A stretch of 64,000 nucleotides of DNA from Schmidtea polychroa (lineage: Eukaryota), in the NCBI GenBank assembly GCA_044892525.1, contig CM097888.1, positions 26,474,001 through 26,538,000 on the forward strand, written 5' to 3'. Of this stretch, positions 11,401 to 23,560 are shown piece after piece (positions within the stretch are counted from its first letter, which is position 1; every line of letters starts with the position of its first letter). The notes beneath the pieces were generated by a model that was not told the origin of the DNA, ran no database searches, and saw only the letters and a program-made list of their open reading frames with translations. The position numbers were made by a program, and so were the translations under genes.

Positions 11401-14085
11401 TATCGATTCATTTCACCAATCAATCAACAATGAAATTATTGATTTTATCAGCACTTCTCATGATGGCACTTTTGACATCGGCTTCTCAATCAGGACGATA
11501 TCCAAGATTTTTTGGGACTCTCGATGCACAGGGTAAATTCAATTTTCATTTCATTATCACATTCATAAATAATTTGATTTTAGGCCGCCCCGTTGTGAAT
11601 ATTTATGGAAAAGAATATAAGGCTGATACGTCTTTTGTAGTTCAAGTATCAAAATCGGAAGCTTGTGCAGTGCATGAACCTCAACTAAGCGTGAAATTAC
11701 CTTTCGTTGAATGTTACAGTTGGTACGCATAGATCGGGAAATATTTATTTGAAATATAAATTTAAAAACAATTTTATTAGTGTTTGTTTTTGAATAAAAT
11801 AAAATTATAATTGTTACAAACAAATCATGGTTCAGTTAATCATTATATCCATCTCAGGATTATAAATCATACTTGAACCTTCTATTCGACAATTTCAACA
11901 TTCAATGTACACGTCAACCAATCATTCACTATCCGACTAGCGCATGACACTCCAATCGAACTAAACCTGTAATTTAAATGATATATGACATATTTATCTT
12001 CTTTTTTTATCAAAAATTAGTTCGTTGTGTCTGTTTTTTAGAATAATTTATTATTTTGATTACATGACATTAAAAAGAATTTAGAGTTTATTTAGAAAAA
12101 TATTTAATATCTATAATTAATAATAATCGTAATTTATTTTTAATTTTTTATATTTTAAAAATTGTTTTGATAATAATTTGTTTTCAATGCAGACTGTTTT
12201 CGTTATTTGCCATTTATCTTGATGTGTAAAAAAATTATTAAATTTTTTAACCGCCGTAGATTGGTTAAAAATCACTATTTAAAAAACGGATTTTAGTCTA
12301 AGTTGACCAAATATTTAGCTTGCAAAAATAACATTGGCCTTAATTAACTACATAAATTAACTACATACATAACATATAACAAATCTACATAGGTAAATAA
12401 CATTACTTTTTGTTCCAAGAATCTTTTTGGAACGTTTTTATTTTGGAATGCTAAGTTAATTTGATTGTAAATTTTAATTAATGATAATTATTCTTATTTG
12501 TTAACTACATGATTACTTTAAAAGAACCGAATATAGTAGAGTTCCAGAACTCAACATAATTAAGTAAGCAGAAAATGAAAATAATGCATGTAGTGCCTTA
12601 GCCTTACGTCTACATATTTAAATGTTTAATTTATTTAAATATAGATAGAATATAAAAACGTTTGTTTAAATAACGGAAAATAAAGAAATATTCAATATTC
12701 AAAATGCAGATCAAGAAGCAGAAGAAAAAAATTAAATCTTGTTATGAATAAAATATTAATTCTGGATTGTATCTTATTCACTAAAATGCGTTTCATATGA
12801 TTGAGCGATATGTGACAAAGATGATATTTCAAGACTTCCCCTTTATTAACTGTCACTATAATAAAAGCATTATGATATTATTTTGAAACATTAATCCGAA
12901 GTATGGCTTATGTGATGATGCTAAACTTAGAATAATGATATTTTAGATAAAGTATAAAGACACAGTGACAATGTGAGTATACAAGAATGGTTTTGCAATC
13001 ATTTTAAAAAGAAATATAATAATAAATTAATTCAACAGTTGCTAGTCAAATATGTATTAAATAAATTGTTAATAATGATTAATTAATTTTATCGTTATGT
13101 TAAATTATATTATGATGCAATATTTATTTTCGTTATAAAGGCAAATTGACACCATGATAATAACATTTATAATATATCTGATACAAGTTGCACCCAACCA
13201 TGTTGAATTTACTTATTTTAATTTCATTTAAAATTATTATTAGTCATCAGTGAACAGTAAACAAAGTGTAAAGTTAATAAAAGAATATTGTTCAAAATAC
13301 GGGATATTTCATGGTGCGGTAAAGTGAACCAATGTACAGGACGGTTTCGCAAAATTTTGGATGAATGGCCAGTTTAGGCTTTGCAGATTTTAAACATTAT
13401 TGCGTAATTATATGTTTAGTACAGATGTGTAACAATTATGAAACTTTTCTCAAATGATAAATGGAAAAATACAAAATTATTTAGTTTCACTAACTTGTAT
13501 TTTCAATTGATCCTTTTCAACTTCTTTGCTTTTTATTTCTCTCTGAAATTTCCACGATTGCTCAACTTGGCCTAGCCGAGCAACTGAAGTTTTTCTTTGA
13601 ATTTCTTTTGGTTGACTTAAAAGATTTTTAATATTTTCTTCTTTTATCTGTATCAGTATAATACATCATAACGAATTAATTAAATTACGATAATAATTCA
13701 TGTTGGATATAATGCAAAAAATAACTATTATAATTATAAAATAAATCTGAATAAAACCAATTAAAGTGAAAAATGTATAAATTCATCATGTTGTATGTAA
13801 ATAAATGAACGTTTACAAAATTGTTCCCGTGATCATTAGGGTATGTCAGTTTAATTAACATTTGATAAAGGGTGTGCCAAAAATTTGTGTGTAACTTTAA
13901 TTCAGCTACTAGGTTAGAAATTTAATGCTCATTATAAACTTTTAACAGGTTGTATTCATGACGCATTACTGCTGTAAATAAGTTTTTTAAAATATTCTGA
14001 ATATCACAAAATTCAGAATATATAAATTGGTGAATAAAATCTTACTATTTATTTGTTCATTTAGTTCTTGCTCAAATCCATTTAT
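8482..14085 (-). CDS. Unnamed coiled-coil protein, 3' part. Exons 14085-14046, 13971-13940, 13647-13495 and 9429-8482; 5' exons not found.
   Basis: Phases join cleanly to give INGFEQELNEQINTVMRHEYNLLKIKEENIKNLLSQPKEIQRKTSVARLGQVEQSWKFQREIKSKEVEKDQLKIQ|LTAIETKLIEKQEEL..., followed by a 948-nt terminal exon rich in E/K/Q heptads. The join across the 4065-nt intron is inferred from phase and composition. Confidence 0.65.
10606..10908 (-). CDS. Secreted microprotein, copy 1 (83 aa after removing the 51-nt intron 10805-10755)
   Basis: Signal-peptide-like MKLLILSALLMMALLTSA; canonical CAGG|GTAAAT...ATTTTAG|GC intron; four near-identical copies in the window. Confidence 0.85.
   Translation of the reverse strand: MKLLILSALLMMALLTSASQSGRYPRFFGTLDAQGKFNFHFIITFINNLILGRPVVNIYGKEYKADTSFVVQVSKSEACAVHEPQLSVKLPFVECYSWYA
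11335..11429 (+). promoter_or_regulatory. Conserved proximal promoter/5'UTR of the microprotein genes, with clustered ATCGAT/ATCAAT motifs
   Basis: The same block lies upstream of all four ATGs. It has three ATCGAT and three ATCAAT within about 95 bp in copy 2. Confidence 0.45.
11430..11732 (+). CDS. Secreted microprotein, copy 2 (intron 11533-11583)
   Basis: Same protein as copy 1, with 4 synonymous differences. Confidence 0.85.
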   Translation: MKLLILSALLMMALLTSASQSGRYPRFFGTLDAQGKFNFHFIITFINNLILGRPVVNIYGKEYKADTSFVVQVSKSEACAVHEPQLSVKLPFVECYSWYA

Positions 14086-14734
14086 CTAATAAAGTTTATG
14101 ATAAGAATAATGAAAAAAAGTAACTGTAAATTTAACGGAAACTAATGTTAAAATTAACTAGACGCGAGTCTTTTTTATTATTATTATTAGTCGTGGAACC
14201 CTTTTATCATATTTAAAACTTTATAGAACCCCCAAAAAATATTAAAAATGGAAAAACCAACAAAATGAACTTTTGTATGACTCAGTTTCTTAACAATAAT
14301 TAAAAAAATTAATATTATTGTATATTCTTTATGTGAGGCGTTTTTGTAATTTGTATTAAAATAATGGTATGATGTTGTGCATGTTTGATTGTATGTTGCA
14401 ATCCTTACTTATACATTAATTATTATTTTTAGAAACTCCTCAAACAAATTAATGTTATAATTTGTTTTAATAATATTTGTAATAAATAATAATAAACGTG
14501 TTAGTATAATTTTTTTTTATGTATTCGATTTATACCCGTAGCTCTGTGGCTAATACTTTATAAAACTGGATACACTTCCATAAAGTTATCAAAATGCTTT
14601 ATCAGAAGAATAAATAATAATTATTTTTATTAATGATAATTTCTATTATATAATATAAATTTTTGTGTGACGAATGCACAATTTCCGTTTTTGGCACTTT
14701 TTTATAAATTATATTTTTATATAAACTTTTTTTA

Positions 14735-15040
14735 GTGGCTTAATGCAGTGAAAATCTTGTCTCGCATAAATAGGTAGCTGGAAATGATAATAATTTACGA
14801 CTTGCACATTTTGGAATTTTTGAATATTCTTCAAATAATTGGCCGTTGGAATTAATTTTTTGAAACCCGCATTAGGAAATTCGACTGATTTTTCTTGTAC
14901 TTGAGTGAATGAATTTCGAACTCAATTATATATTTTTTCATTTTTCATATCGGTTTGAATTTCTAGCTCGAGGGGTTGTTCAGTTTTATCAAAAAGTCAT
15001 GAAGTGTTGGAAAGCAGTCCAAATTGTTTTGATCAATTTT
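14735..15040 (-). mobile_element. Decayed hAT (Buster/Charlie-type) transposase C-terminus
   Basis: NNLDCFPTLHDFL and EEYSKIPKCASRKLLSFPATYLCETRFS, which matches the dimerisation-domain motif LLPFPSTYLCE-x-GFS. Confidence 0.7.
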
Positions 15041-15199
15041 AACTTACGAGACAATGATAATATTTTATCTTTCACATTAAATATGTTTAAGTTATTTTTT
15101 ATAAGTAAGAGTCTCTTTAAAAACTTGAAGGCATAGAGGGTGGTGTAAACTAACTGGATGAATTCATCTCGTAGGTCTGGATATTTGATTGAAATTGTG

Positions 15200-15640
15200 T
15201 AACTTATTTAGAGAACTGGAGTACAAATTTAAATGGATTAAAACTTGTTGAATGGGTAAATTTGAGAAAACAAGTTTTACGGAATAAAGTTTTGTGTTCA
15301 TTTCAGCCTTTAAAGCTTACTTTGGTTCGACATTAAATGAGGACCAATTATTCGATGAAGTTAGTCTGTTACAAGTAGAACTTCTAGGAGATAAAATTTC
15401 CGATTGCAACCCTGAAAATATTGGTATTGAAGATCGATAGGTTGAATTGTTCAAATTGATTCTAGAGTCTGGGTCAAGTCAAAATAAATTTTAAATTTAT
15501 GACATTTTATGTGAGTTTATTTTTTGTCTTCCTGAGAGAAGGGCGTCGATTCAGTGTATGTTCTCAAATATTATTAACTGGAGTTCAGAAAAATCGCAGA
15601 TAAAGCTGTGATGTAAGTTAACACATACTTTAATGAGACT
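15200..15640 (+). mobile_element. Decayed hAT-like transposase C-terminus (second family)
   Basis: NEDQLFDEV...LCEFIFCLPERRASIQCMFSNIINWSSEKSQ resembles EF-x-L-x-LPG-x-NA-x-VERVFS...W-x-x-EK; contains stop codons. Confidence 0.5.
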
Positions 15641-16660
15641 TGCATCGAAATGTTCGTTTCTAAAGGCCAAACCGGCAAATTTTGAAACCAATCCTAAGTT
15701 TCCTAAAGTACGATTGGCATAAACGTGACCTAAGTAATGGAGTTGTAAGGACGTTGAAATAAAATTATAAGTCTTTTAATATTAATTTATAAATAACTTT
15801 AGTATAGTGATTTTTGTTGCAGTTTTTTATCAAAAAATAATTAGTTTTGTTTTACTTTTTGATGATATACTACATTTAGTTAATCGATTTGTCTTTATAA
15901 ACATACTACTAATAAAAGTAGTGGATTGTCGACTTTTTGTTACCCTTTGCTTTTGTACTTTTTATCGAAGAATAAAAATGGTCACTTTAATATTAAAGGG
16001 TTTTTGTGACACTTTTTCACGAATGTTTTAAATGCCTTTTTACGCTAATAGATTTACAAATCCCGTCAATTCAACGAATTTCAAATTTTTCAAAAGGAAA
16101 TATTTTATTAAATCAATTCTGTAATAATAAAAATATTTTCAATTAATTTTGCTAACAAAACCTCATTTTAATGAATTAGTCAGTATGATGAAGTTCAGAA
16201 CAATAGCTATGAAATTTTTACCGTAAATGAAGTGCTAATATTATATCCTTCAGAAACCCTTAAAAGATTTTTACCATAATACTTATTAAAAAAAATCCAC
16301 TTTTTTTCATTTAAAATTCAAATAAATTGCTGTAAAATTAAAAAGTTTTTTTTGATTTTTGATTTTAAATTTATTGTTATATAAAATTATAACATAATAT
16401 AGCATAATAATTATGATAAAATTTTTCCATGCCAAATTTAAAACATAATACTTTGTACTAACTTTATTATTTATGTATTTGAAAAGGAGGTCTTTCTCTT
16501 TTTGAATTAACGTTTTCTTCAAAGTTGGTATCTCTTCCCAAATATCATTAAAATTTAATGAAACGTCAGACGACACTAAAATGACACCCAAAATAAAATA
16601 TATGAACATTATTATAAGAACTTTTTTCAAATTTCACCACTGATTTCTTTTCCATTGTAT

Positions 16661-16722
16661 TTATTAAAAAGCTTAAAAACTATATATATATACTGATTCA
16701 TAGTCTTCAAGCTTTTTAATAA
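16661..16722. repeat. Short palindromic dispersed element, degenerate copy
   Basis: TTATTAAAAAGCTT...AAGCTTTTTAATAA; related to 24007-24076 and 32293-32321. Confidence 0.65.
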
Positions 16723-18180
16723 ATATGAACATTATGAATTTTTACATAGTACTGGGAATTATTTTTCACTTTTTATAGTCTGTAAGGTTTACTTTATATT
16801 TAAAATCATTTTGTAGACTATTGTGATAAGCATTAACGGTTTTCTTCGTAAATAAGATTATATGTTTATTTTAATGTTTTGTCTAAAATACTTTTGTACG
16901 TTTTATACGCTAATTATACGATATATACATTATTGTCTACAATCCTCAAATTCATTGTAAGGAACTTCAAACCTCCTATTTAAAATTGATAAAATTTAAA
17001 TATTATAAGAGTAATCAGTTAGTTTAAAGAATTATGTGTTAAATTTGCATATTTATATTATATAAAAGTATCTTAAGTTAAACTAATTATATTTATGACT
17101 AATAATTGCATCAATATCAATAATTGCCAAGCCTCCATTGTTTAAATTGTCAGAAAAAGGAGAGAATTTAAAAATTGTAATTAATAAATAAATGTTGGAA
17201 GAAGACTTAAATCTATTATCATTTGCACCATTTGACACAAACTTCAATAGTACTTCACACTGGGTTACATTCTTATTGATTACAGAATTGGTAATTTTTC
17301 GAAGACCTAGTGGACCTTGTACTGTTTCTGGCTTAAATATTATCCAGTTTATTTTGAAATATGTTGAAAATATATAGGTATGATGGATCGCAGTTTGTAA
17401 GACAATTTAGTGACAATAAAGTAGTCATACTTTGAAGTCATGAAAATCGCTTGAATTGAAATATTTTTAGTAAATTAAAAGTTTATTATTTGAAGGTCTA
17501 ATATTTCAAAATAACTAAATGGAGTTTTATAAGTGTAACTTTTAAAAGGTAGTTAGATTTGCCTTTTCAAGGACTTTATAATGATACCAAATGTTGTATA
17601 TAAATGTTATGCCTAAATGATCTGGTAAAACAATAACTTTAAATAACTAAAAACATGAATAACTTTTGACTTAACTTGGTATATACTTTCGATGCAATAT
17701 AATATTAGTAAACTCGTTTGACTTTTCGCCAGTGATTAAATTCAAACAAAAGATCAATAATTTTTTTTAAATACAATTTTCGTACACCCTTTAGGGAATA
17801 CATAAATTTTGGTAAAATTAGATTTTTTTGACCTATTGTATTATAAAAAATAAGTAAAATGAAATTGAAAATATTCCATCAAATGGTGAAGAAGTTAAAA
17901 ATATTTTCTGATATAATAAAATATAAAAAATATTTTATTTTTACATATTTTTAAATTAAAAAAATTACCTTCTGTGCCTTAAAGAAAAATGGTTAATATC
18001 AAACACATTTTATATAATACGTATACACAAGTTATTTACCATTGCTCAAATAAACGTTTTAGATAAATAAAAGAAATATTTTTAAATTTGTCATTAAACA
18101 TATTAAATATATTAAAAACATTCTAAGGCTTAACTACAATTATAAAGAATATAACAAATTTATCAATTAATTCCCTTTAA

Positions 18181-18402
18181 CTCTTAAATGCATGATTTTT
18201 TGTATTGCATTATCACTGACCACGTGCTATCACAATTATTATTGACAAAAAACATAGATTTTATTTTTATTTTCAATTGAATCCATAGACAGACTGTTTA
18301 TCTTATTGCCAGACTAAAAAAATGTATCGCTGTCATTAATCATAAATAATTATATTTAAATATTTGGTACGATGAAAATTTCCATCACAATGCATTTAAG
18401 GA
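18181..18402. mobile_element. piggyBac-type MITE, 222 bp
   Basis: TTAA on both sides (18177-18180 and 18403-18406); 13-bp TIRs CTCTTAAATGCAT and revcomp TCCTTAAATGCAT. Confidence 0.55.
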
Positions 18403-19013
18403 TTAAAATATTATAGTCTTAATCAGTATAAAATAGTAAAAATAAGTATAAGAAAATAATTGTCAAAATTGAATGTAAAAGAGACAAAGCAAAAAGATTC
18501 AAATAATAAAGTTCGAGAAAAATAAGTTGAAACGAGAAAAAATTAATAAATCGGAAATGTTTAACTATATATTTGAGGTGGTTCCCTGTCACTACGTCTA
18601 GTACTATTAGTTGAGTTGTATTGATCTAATCCTAGAGATTGTAAACTGTAATAATAAAAAAAGTTATTTGTGTTGAATTTGTTTTAATTGATCAAGAGCA
18701 CGTGGAGTCAGATTAGCAGTTAAATCCTGAAGAAATATGTAAAATAAATCAACACTAATATGAAAGAAGAAATAAATGTTTTAGAATAAAAATGTAAGCT
18801 AAATTTCAGTTTAAATGATATTTTTCAGTCAATGCTTTAAAACTACATTTTCACAAATATTTTCTCATTTCATTTAGATTACAAAAGAATAAAACAGTTT
18901 CTTGAATAAATGCACATTTTAATGGATTTTCACATTCAATTACAAAAATCAATATATAAATTCAAAATCAATCGATTGATTGAATATCGATTCATTTCAC
19001 CAATCAATCAACA

Positions 19014-19316
19014 ATGAAATTATTGATTTTATCAGCACTTCTCATGATGACACTTTTGACATCGGCTTCTCAATCAGGACGATATCCAAGATTTTTTGGG
19101 ACCCTCGATGCACAGGGTAAATTCAATTTTAATGTCATTATCACATTCATAAATAATTTGATTTTAGGTCGCCCCGTTGTGAATATTTATGGAAAAGAAT
19201 ATAAGGCAGATACGTCTTTTGTAGTTCAAGTATCAAAATCAGAAGCTTGTGCAGTGCATGAACCTCAACTAAGCGTGAAATTACCTTTTGTTGAATGTTA
19301 TAGTTGGTACGCATAG
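19014..19316 (+). CDS. Secreted microprotein, copy 3 (intron 19117-19167; A13T in the signal peptide)
   Basis: Mature sequence identical to copies 1 and 2. Confidence 0.85.
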   Translation: MKLLILSALLMMTLLTSASQSGRYPRFFGTLDAQGKFNFNVIITFINNLILGRPVVNIYGKEYKADTSFVVQVSKSEACAVHEPQLSVKLPFVECYSWYA

Positions 19317-19376
19317 ATCGGGAAATATTTATTTGAAATATAAGTTCTATTTTTGATTCTCATTATTTACTTTTTC

Positions 19377-19436
<60 letters not shown>
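19377..19436. repeat. (AAT)n microsatellite, about 20 units
   Basis: Read directly from the sequence. Confidence 0.98.
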
Positions 19437-19437
<1 letters not shown>

Positions 19438-19450
19438 GCAATAATGATAC

Positions 19451-22400
19451 GTTACTTGTTCCATTCAAAAGTTCTGCAATTATTGGATAACCAGATAAAA
19501 CCAAAATTTCACAAAAATCTTCGAAATATTTGGATTTCTTCATTTGCAAAGACTCAATAATGCAGTCAATCTTTATTTCATTTGTGCTTGCATTCTGATA
19601 AAAAATTTCAAATAAGATGTATCCAATTGCTTACATATTAATTCTAACTAATCGAACAAATATACAGGAACCCAAAATTATGAAAGTTGACTAAATCATG
19701 TTTCTTTCCTTTCGGAATATCCATTTGGATCAACTGTATTATATCCCCCATAATATATCAACGGTAATATCTCTCCAGCCCCCAGTATAAAAAAATTAGT
19801 GTCATATTTTTGTTAGGGTTGGGTCTGGGCTCGCTTGGGGCGTGCACAGACGGTCTAATAACAAAAATACCAATTGTATAGAATAATCACTATAAATAGA
19901 TTAATAATATAAATTGTAGTTTAAATAATATGAATAGTAATAAATAAATACAAATAATTATAAATAGTAATAAATAAATATTAATGAATAAATATAGTAA
20001 TTTCAGTTATTAAATTAGATTAGAATTTAATATAAAAGAACACATTTTATCAACAAAGGGACATTAAAAATTATAGCAACAGCTTGCAAGAGAGATCAAT
20101 TGAGTAGATCAGCATATGTGAGAAATAGCTGGAAAACAAATTAAATCTCGTAGAGTAACATTTACGGAAAACTAATTACGAAATGAGTAATTAGCGTTTT
20201 ACCGTTACTTTACCTAACCAGAGAAACCACATTAAAAGCCATTTTTCCAAAACAAAAATCAGTTATCGATTCTACCGATTAAACTAATTGTAAAATTTTT
20301 GAGCAAGGCTTAAAATATCATTGTTTGGGTAATCTCAGCAACAGTTTTCTAGGGAAACTGCATTGATAGTTTGTAACATTTAAATATCAGATAGTAGGTA
20401 TCTAGGGGACGTTAATACCACCACTTCTGGGTAGTAATCGATCGCACTAAACTTCGGGCATCCCTCGTCTTTTACCTTCCATTGTTGAGCGGTGCTGTTG
20501 ATCAATTAGGATCCTGCATTCGCCGTCTTTGAAATACTTGAGGACGGTTTGTATAACCGATATCATTGCTTCTGTATATCGCGACAACTTTGGGTAACCT
20601 GTTTTATATTTTTAAAACTGTTTCACATAAATCATATTTTGTATTTATTTATTTTATAAATAAAGTTTATTATCGAAAGCGAGTTGTGTTCCTATTTATG
20701 ACATTAAAAGATCTTTGGAGTCAGATCAATAGAGCGTGTGTTAGTCGTATACCCACTTACGAGCCTAACTATTTGCACCAATATGACTCGATATTCTCTA
20801 TGTGTACATTGTTAAATGTATAAACGAATATTTCTGAATGGTTTATGGTCTTATATTTGAAACCGTTTGCAGAAATCTGTCTATAGATAGGCCACTCGTC
20901 AGAATAAATTGTTGTGCTTGGTAAACAAATCTTTTTGATTATCGGAATAAGTGTTTACGCTTTCCGATCCTCTAGAACTTGCATAAAACCTATGACTGGA
21001 CTTTAACTAGTCTCTACTATTCCAAAGTCGAAAACCTCTTCTTCTTTAACCTTACCCTTATGTCCTTTGGGATAATGACTACGCAGACTTTCATCAACCT
21101 AACAAATTTTATTTTGATCACTAAGGTGTCAAGGATTTAATATAAAAACATGACGCATACATATCTTAAAAAGTGTCTTATTAATGTCTTTTTCTAACTA
21201 TCACAGTTTTTTCACTCAGAAAGGAAGATCTTCGGGTTATCATGATATTTGACTGGATAAGCCAGTAGTAAATAACATGAATAAAACTTTTTAAAGGTAT
21301 CTGTGTATTTTGTTATACATCTTCGGATCTTATAAAGCTTCTTGTTTTGTATTTAGTGAGTAGAATACTATGAGCTTAGCATATGTGATTATGTAATTTT
21401 TAAGTTTTACATAATATACATACTTACGTAATCATATACGTAATTATACAATAATAATATTTTGTTTTGATTAAGTGATCACCATTTTTATTTTTTTGTT
21501 CTANNNNNNNNNNNNNNNNNNNNNNNNNNNNNNNNNNNNNNNNNNNNNNNNNNNNNNNNNNNNNNNNNNNNNNNNNNNNNNNNNNNNNNNNNNNNNNNNN
21601 NNNNNNNNNNNNNNNNNNNNNNNNNNNNNNNNNNNNNNNNNNNNNNNNNNNNNNNNNNNNNNNNNNNNNNNNNNTAATATTATACAAAAACCTTATGAAG
21701 ACAAGACGAGACAAGATTAAGAATGTGTTCACTTATAACAAAACACTACTCACACATACACTTTTTTACACAATGCTACAAGCGAATGGATATAGTGGTA
21801 TCTCGTAGGCTCAATGATTAAAATTGTGTATTTACTTTTTCACTTATATTTATTTTTGCAGAGGTCTCCCAAAAGGTTGGATTGCAGACATCCAACACAA
21901 TATCCGGCATATAGAATTCTATTTAAATTAAGAGATAAAGAAGGTGCCCCAATCATCATAATATATTAAAAAATACAAATAATTTTTCACTGTTTAATAA
22001 TAACTGTCTAGCAAATGTTCTTTTTACACCACAGCTTTTTCAAAGAATACTTAAAAAGATATACTGAAATTCTACACTAAATAGAAAGCAAAATATTGAT
22101 CTATAGTCTGAGAGAAAATGAAGATAAAGGAATTTGAACATGAAAATATATCTAACGTGAAAACAATAAAATATTTTACAGGATTTTATGTTGATCTAAG
22201 AAATTAGGAATAAATATACTAAGAAATGACATGTTGGAAATAAAGTTGAAAAAATCCGATATTATAAAAGTTAATTTAAATGTCTGAAGTACTGAAATAT
22301 TTCACAGCTCCTTATGAAGATGGGTTCAAATTTACTTGCTAGTGCAAATAAACATTTGTCTCACAAATGACATCCAATTTTCTATGGAGTGAATGTTGCT

Positions 22401-22696
22401 CAAAAGTGTAAGTGTTATTTTTAATGAATGAAAATGAGGAATTATTATCTTTTTACATTAATTATATAAAGAAAAGGTAATGAAGTAGGTAACTTTATTT
22501 ATGTAATCTAATTGCATGCATATCATTATCCTACCTTTAATTTGGATAAATTATCCCCCGAAACAATCTTCTTCTCATTGCATAAAGCAATAATATTTTG
22601 ATCGACTATAACATAATTTATCATCACCGATCGGTTGTTGATCAGATTCTCGCAATAGTTCTGATCCAATATCTTCAATGTGTTCGAAACTGGCAT
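19451..22696 (-). CDS. CARD-domain gene, first two exons (22696-22535 and 19594-19451); downstream exons unresolved
   Basis: A phase-0 join (AAG|GTAGGA...TATCAG|AAT) gives MPVSNTLKILDQNYCENLINNRSVMINYVIVDQNIIALCNEKKIVSGDNLSKLK|NASTNEIKIDCIIESLQMKKSKYFEDFCEILVLSGYPIIAELLNGTSN. This fits the caspase-2/CRADD-type CARD pattern (E-x-L-x-x-NR, EK-x-I, F-x-x-FCE-x-L...GY...LL). Confidence 0.65.
20700..21340 (-). mobile_element. Merlin (IS1595/ISXO2-like) transposase pseudogene inside the CARD gene intron
   Basis: VDES...FGIVET...EDRKA*TLIPIIKKICLPSTTIYSDEWPIYR...TINHS...NIESYW, with several stops. Confidence 0.85.
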
Positions 22697-22922
22697 AAGT
22701 TAACAGTAAATCTGACAATTAATTCGTTATATTTCAATTAAAAGTATTGCTGTAAAAGTAATTAATAACTTATAAGGTTTTTATATAATCTTAATCACAA
22801 AATTCATTCAACCATTTAAAGTGGTTTGACTTTAGCGGTTTACAATGAATAACTAAAGAAATAAAGTTTAATAGATTTTATTTGTAAATTAATATCTAAT
22901 TGTGATAGCTGAATACATTGAT

Positions 22923-22937
22923 GGGGGGGGGGGGGGG
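22923..22937. repeat. G15 homopolymer
   Basis: Read directly from the sequence. Confidence 0.95.
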
Positions 22938-23456
22938 TAACAACCGTAATTCCGATTGATAGTATGTAATGTTTAATTATGTTATTAGATCACTCTGGTG
23001 ATATTTAAGGGCTTCTAAAAAAGTAAGTTTTACGTTTGAAATGAATGTTTTTGAAACATTGAGCACATCTTACATTTGAACATTCAGCTAAAACATTTCC
23101 TTGATTTTCTACACTTGTAAATTTTTCTTCTCGATTCTCTACTCATTTAAAGTATAAAAATATGAATTATAGGAATCTCAATATAAGGCAATCTCGAAAA
23201 AATTATTAATGTTCGAAAAGAAAAAAGAGCAAAAATTGTCGAAACACGCCTATAAAGTAATACATAAACTATCAAAAACTTCTAAAAATTATAAAAGTTA
23301 TCCTTATACGTGTTCAAATTATCTTTGTGCGCATTTGTATTTTCCAAAAATTTACGTTTAATTGACTAATATGTAGTTATCGATAAAATCTTTTATTTTT
23401 TTCACTTTTGTTTTGTATACTTCTACTATTTTATTTATTTTCATTAGAACTTTAAA

Positions 23457-23560
23457 TAGGGTTGTCAGACGTACTGAATTATTGGAATTGTCACAGTTTT
23501 TAAGTGTCGTGTCCCGGTGTTCAAGACAAATTTTTCGGGACGCCCAAAAGTCCCGATTTA
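23457..23560 (+). mobile_element. Probable hAT-family terminus (orphan)
   Basis: TAGGGTTGTCAGA followed by TCCCG/CGGGA subterminal motifs; no partner TIR seen. Confidence 0.4.

Larger units (their letters stand above)
10575..11763. repeat. Long inverted repeat: 551-bp arms (10575-11125 and 11213-11763) with an 87-bp spacer, carrying two divergent gene copies
   Basis: The arms are reverse complements apart from a few SNPs. Confidence 0.95.

Noticed and set aside
11496-11516. RYPRFFG as an amidated RF/FF-amide neuropeptide
   Set aside because: The Gly is followed by TL rather than K/R, and the motif occurs once; there is no canonical processing site.
19367-19450. Poly-Leu transmembrane tail in ORF 19367-19549
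   Set aside because: It is translation of the (AAT)n tract beyond a GTATCA splice donor.
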